64,000 nucleotides of DNA from Heteronotia binoei (taxonomy: Eukaryota). Positions 59,101-64,000 of the stretch are shown here, piece by piece. The stretch lies in assembly GCF_032191835.1 (NCBI RefSeq), contig NC_083242.1, forward strand, positions 38,192,001 through 38,256,000, written 5' to 3'. The notes under the pieces are model-generated. The model was not told the DNA's origin. It did not search any database and was given only the letters and a program-made list of their open reading frames with translations. The translations under genes were made by a program, and so were the position numbers. Every line of letters starts with the position of its first letter. Position 1 is the stretch's first letter.

Positions 59101-59660
59101 GATCAGCATTGCTGTCAGATGGCCACCTATTCTCTACTTAAAACCTCCAAGGAAGGAGAGTCCACCACCTCCCAAGGAGGAAGCCTGTTCCACTGAAGAA
59201 CCGCTCTAACAGTCAGGAAGTTCTTCCTAATGTTGAGCCGGAAACTCTCTTGATTTAATTTCAACCTGTTGGTTCTGGTTTGACCTTCTGGGGCAACAGA
59301 AAACAACTTCAAACCATCCTCTAAATGACAGCCCTTCAAGTACTTGAAGATGGTGATCATATCGCCTCTCGGTTGTCTCCTCTGCAGGCTAAACATACCC
59401 AGCTTCTTCAACTTTTCCTTGTAGGACTTGGTCTCTAGATCCCTCCCTCCTCTAGACACACTCCAACTTGTCTGTCTCCTTAAACTGTGGTGCCCAAAAC
59501 TGAACACATATATTCCAGGAGAGGTCTAACCAGAGCAGAATAAAGCGATACCATCCCCTCACATGATCTGGACACTGTACGTCTGTTGATAAAGCCCAAA
59601 ATTGCATTTGCCTTTTTTGCTACTGCATCTCACTGCTGACTCATGTTCAGTGTACAGTCC
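56163..59660 (-). mobile_element. CR1 (second subfamily) 3' portion with ~18 tandem 139-140 bp monomers (INTS15 intron 2)
   Basis: Repeated RAVPQWNRLPPREVVGSPSL coding segment; period 140 seen at 56341/56481/56621; parent ORF2 piece at 59127-59507. Confidence 0.92.
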
Positions 59661-59864
59661 ACTAAGACCCCTAGATCCTTTTCACACAACGACTGCCAAG
59701 ACAAGTTTTCCCCATCCTATAATTATCGCATCTGAATTAAGTCATCTGTTGACCTTTGTAACTTTATTGTCTGTTTTTTCAACTCTGATTTAACTCTCTT
59801 CTGTGTGAGACAATGAGGAATTATAGAGTTTGCTGCCATGTGGATGTAGGTATAGCCATGAGCA

Positions 59865-60335
59865 AGAGAGCATAAGAGAAGCCATGTTGGAGAAGCCAAT
59901 GTCCCATCTAGTCCAACATTCTGTGTCACACAGTGGCCAGGGGCCATCGGGCGTTTCACCAATGGGGCAAGAAGTCCTCCCACTGTTGCCCCCCCCAGCA
60001 CCAAGAATACAAAGCATCACTGCCCTAGACAAAATGTTCCATCTGTACCTTACAGCTAATAGCCACCTCTGTTCCGTATGTTTATCCAGTCCTCTCTTGA
60101 AGCTGTCTATGCTTGTAGCTGCCACCACTTCCTGTGCCAGTGAATTCCACGTATTAATCACCCTTTGGCTGAGGAAGGACTTCCTTTTATCCGTTCTAAG
60201 CTGACTGCTCATTAATTTCATGGAGTGCCCACTTCTCGTATTGTGAGAAAGGAAGAAAGGTCCTTCTTTCTCTACCTTTTCTATCCCATGCTTAATTTTG
60301 TAAACCTTTATCATGTCACCCCTCAGTTGTCGATA
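59865..60335 (-). mobile_element. CR1 3' fragment
   Basis: QLRGDMIKVYKI...NTWNSL peptide and tail. Confidence 0.85.
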
Positions 60336-60954
60336 CATGACAGACTCTTTCCTGAAACACACCAATAGCTACTAGCCGTGGTAACTTAAGAGTTACCGCC
60401 ATGTCCAGAGGCAGTAAACCTCTGAATACCAGTGCTGGAAAGTAGCATTCAAGGGAAGGTTTTGGCCCTGATGCCTGGTTTGGTGACTGATTTGTCACTG
60501 TGTGAAACAGGATACCAGTCTGATCCAGCAGGGCTCTTCTTAAGCAGAGAATTCTTTTTGAACCACTGCAGTCCACCTCTTTAAGAGCCCCATGTCGCAG
60601 AGTGGTAAAGCTGCAGTACTGCAGTCGGAGCCCTCTGCTCATGACCTGAGTTCAATCCCAGCCAAAGCTGGTTCAGGTAGCCAGCTCCAGGTTGACTCAG
60701 CCGTCCATCCTTCCAAGGTCAGTAAAAGGAGTCCCCAGCTTGCTGGGGGGAAAGTGTAGATGTCTGGGGAAGGCAATGGCAAACCACCCTGTAAAAAGTC
60801 TGCCGTGAAAATGTTGTGAAAGCAACGTCACCCCAGAGTCGAAAACGACTGGTGCTTGCACAGGGGACCACCTTTAACTTTTTAAATCCACCTATGTTGC
60901 CCCTCTGTATGAGTTACTGTGTTCAGTACTGCCATTTTTTCTTAGCAAATCTTA

Positions 60955-61222
60955 TGAATATAAGAACATAAGAAAAGCCATGTTGGATCAGGCCAGTGGC
61001 CCATCCAGTTCAACACTCTGTGTCACATAGTGGCCAAAAAAACCCAGGTGCCATCAGGAGTTTGATCAGTAGACCCAGAACTCCAGAAGCCCTCCCACTC
61101 TTGCCCCCCCCAAGGACCAAGAATACAGCGCATCCCTGCTCCAGACAGAGAGTTCCAACAATGCTCTGTGGCTAAGAGCCACTGATGGACCTCTGCTCCA
61201 CGGGTTTATCCAATCCCCTCTT
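60955..61222 (-). mobile_element. CR1 3' UTR fragment
   Basis: AACATAAG tail repeats and GGCC hairpin segment. Confidence 0.85.
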
Positions 61223-61485
61223 TTGTGTGTTGTTATATTTTGTAATGTGCATCCTGAAGAATCTCTCCAAGTGGCACAAGGAAACTCTTAGCCTCAGCCT
61301 ATCTCACTGACGCGGGGGGGTGGGGTGGGGATTGCAGGTGACAGAAGAAGGCTGCCTGAGTCCCGCCACCCAGCTGAGGCAAAAGGCAAGTCTGCTCTGC
61401 ATTGTGCAAGAGGCTGAGCTGAGTGGCGTCACACGGCTCCTGCCCTCTCTGTGGGTCGTTGCCAGCGTTTGGAACTCTCTTCCAG

Positions 61486-61651
61486 CGAACCCCGACGGTC
61501 TACTGCGTGAGGCTGGCCCAGGCCTTGGTGGACGACTACTGCAGTTTGGTGCCCGGCTCCGTTCAGACCCTGAAGCAGATCTTCAGCGCCAGCCCTCGCT
61601 TCTGCTGCCAGTTCATCACGTCAGTCACTGTGCTCTACGACATGTCCTCAG
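61486..61651 (+). CDS. INTS15: INTS15 exon 3 (RTPTVYCVRLAQALVDDYC...LYDMSS)
   Basis: 166 nt, canonical splice sites. Confidence 0.95.
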
Positions 61652-62165
61652 GTACCGCCCTGTCCCCTCAGCGCGAGGAGGCGCAGTGCTCACATCAGGT
61701 GTGGAAGCGCCTTCTGCCTTAGGAAGAACAAGGCCCACAATATTGATTGATTTGCTGCAATTGCAGTCCGTTTTTCTACTTGCCAGCCTTCCCTTCTCCA
61801 TTTTCCCTTTGCATCAGCCCTATGGGGTAAGCGAGGTTGATAGTCTGAGTTGGGATCTTGACCTTCAGGGCTCCACACCACAACGAAGCGCAGAGGGTGG
61901 CCTGATCAGCTGGGGTGGAAGGGAGAGAAGAGAGAGTCGGTGCTGGGGGGGTGGGTCTGTCTAGACCTGCCAGGGCCTCTCCTGGTGAGAGAGCTCGCTT
62001 CGCCACCTTGCTGTTCCTCTCTCTGTGGGCGGAAGCAAGAGTTGCGGGGCCTTTGCTGTATCCTCAAGGGCCTTGGCAAAGAGAAAAAAAGGTCTCCCTC
62101 TCTCTCCCTCACGGGGGCTTGCAATGTGTGGGGTTCCTTCAGCGGTGCGTCTCCCTTCTTTCCAG

Positions 62166-62684
62166 ACGAGCTCATCCCCCCCGCAGACTTGCTGGAGATG
62201 GTCGTTTCGTGGATCTTCGAAGACCCGCGCCTGATCTTGATCACCTTCTTGAACACGCCCATCGCGACCAGCCTGCCCATCGGCTTCCTGGAGCTCACCC
62301 CTCTCAGCGGCCTGATCCGCTGGTGCGTGAAAGCCCCCCTGGCCTACAAGCGCAGGAAGCCCCCCCTGGCGAACGGCCACCCGGAGGGCAAGCAGGCCAA
62401 GGGCTCAGCCCCCGAGAGCGACTGCCAGCCCCTCTGCTCCAAGCTGCACCTCAGCGTCCTGCAGGTCCTCATGTTGCTGCAGGGCCACCTCACCGAGAAG
62501 AACCTCTACGGCCGCCTGGGGCTGGTGCCCTTTGACCACGTGGTGGCCCTCGTGGACGACATCAGCCGGCTCTCGGACGAACTCAACCCCCTATACGCCT
62601 CCCAGGAGGTGGAGCTGGCCCTCGACCGGCTGGCCCAAGCCCTGCAGGTGGTCATGGCGGCTGGGGCGCTGCTCTGCACGAGAG
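62166..62684 (+). CDS. INTS15: INTS15 exon 4 (DELIPPADLLEMV...GALLCTR); gene continues beyond the right edge
   Basis: 519 nt; matches human DLIPPMDLLEMIV...GALLCTRD. Confidence 0.95.
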
Positions 62685-62954
62685 GTCGGTGGCCGGGGAA
62701 GCAGCAGAGGGAGGGGGCAGGGCAGAGGGGGGTGGGGGAGCATCGCGGGTGAAGGGGACAAGCTGCAGGCAAGTGACTCTGCTGGCGCTCATAGAAAGCT
62801 GCAGTGGTGGAGTGATAGAAAAGAATCTCAGAGGCCGTCTAGCCCAGCCCCCTGCTCAGTGCGGGAGGAGCCTGCAGAATCCCCGGCAAGTGTTTGTCCA
62901 CCCACTGCTTAAAGACTGCCAGTGTGAGGAGCTCACCACCTCCCTAGGGAGCTG

Positions 62955-63448
62955 AAAGTGCAGAAAAGGGCAACTAGAAGGATTAAAGGGTTGGAACACT
63001 TTCCCTATGAAGAAAGGTTAAAACGCTTGGGGCTCTTTAGCCTGGAGAAACGTCGACTGCGGGGTGACGTGATAGGGGTTTACAAGATAATGCATGGGAT
63101 GGAGAAAGTAGAGTAAGAAGTCCTTTTCTCCCTTTCTCACAATACAAGAAGTTGTGGGCATTCGATGAAATTGCTGAGCAGACAGGTTAAAACGGATAAA
63201 AGGAAGTCCTTCTTTGCGCAAAGGGTGATTAACATGTGGAATTCACTGCCACGGGAGGTGGTGGCGGCCACAGGCATAGCCAGCTTCAAGAGGGGGTTAG
63301 GAAAAATATGGAGCAGAGGTCCATCAGTGGCTGTTAGCCACAGTGTGTATATATATGTATATATAAATTTTTTGGCCACTGTGTGACACAGAGTGTTGGA
63401 CTGGATGGGCCATTGGCCTGATCCAACATGGCTTCTCTCATGTTCTTA
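62955..63448 (+). mobile_element. CR1 3' fragment nested in an older, oppositely oriented CR1 (62815-62954 and 63449-63800)
   Basis: Flanks rejoin to ...CCTAGG(C/G)AGCTGATTCC(A/C)CTGCTGAACTAC, similar to an uninterrupted copy at ~15670-15715. Confidence 0.75.
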
Positions 63449-64000
63449 TTCCCCTGCTGAACTACTCTGACTGTAAAAAAGTCTTTCCTCATCTGCAGCT
63501 GGAACATTCCTGCCCTTCATTTAGACCCACGGTTGTGATCCTCTCCTCTGCTGCCAAGAGGAACAGCTCCCTGCCCTCCTACCCTAAGGGACAGCCCTTC
63601 AACGGCTTCTAAAGAGCCATCCTATCCCCCCCCCCCCACCTCCTCTTCTCCAGGCTGAACACTCCCAAGTCCCTCAGCCTTTCCTCTTGGTCTCCAGGCC
63701 CCTGGTCATCCTCGTGGCTCTCCTCTGCACCCGCTCCATTCTGTCCACCTCCTTCTCGAAGTGAGGCCTCCAGAACTGCACACAAGGCTCCGGGGGCGGC
63801 CTGAGAAATGCAGGGTGCAGGAGACCTGGGTGGTCTGCAGCTCTGCTACAAGTCTGGTTGTCAGCAGGTGTGCCTGGCTGAAAGATCAGGGGGTTGTGCT
63901 CGATTTTCTCTCTGTCTCTGCCCCTTCTGCCTGCCAGGGTCCCCGGGCATTCCCTTTTCCCTTCATCCACAAGCTCATGAGGCTTTCTAGGTGGACCTTC

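Overview
Vertebrate genomic DNA from a squamate reptile; the SINE repertoire suggests a gecko (inferred, not proven). Five intron-containing genes were reconstructed by hand from splice sites and recalled orthologue sequences. (1) PARN, minus strand, coding exons 1-6, continuing off the left edge. (2) ECI1, plus strand, complete, 7 exons, 288 aa, with a GC-AG intron 4. (3) A DNASE1L2-like gene, minus strand, complete, 8 coding exons, 277 aa. (4) DNASE1, plus strand, complete, 8 coding exons, 284 aa. (5) INTS15/C7orf26, plus strand, exons 1-4, continuing off the right edge. The rest is rich in transposable elements: CR1, L2 and BovB fragments, tRNA-, 5S- and Sauria-type SINEs, hAT MITEs with target-site duplications, and one near full-length RTE LINE broken by a single nonsense codon. 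The most notable items are four separate tandem arrays seeded by SINE or CR1 pieces, an unexplained ~213 bp inverted repeat just upstream of DNASE1L2, loss of Ca2+ site II ligands in DNASE1L2, and a head-to-head DNASE1L2/DNASE1 pair lacking its human neighbours. Most other ORFs in the track are repeat-derived or GC-rich shadows. Exon coordinates were counted by hand; repeat boundaries are approximate. I found no clearly new biological system; the findings are candidates to test.
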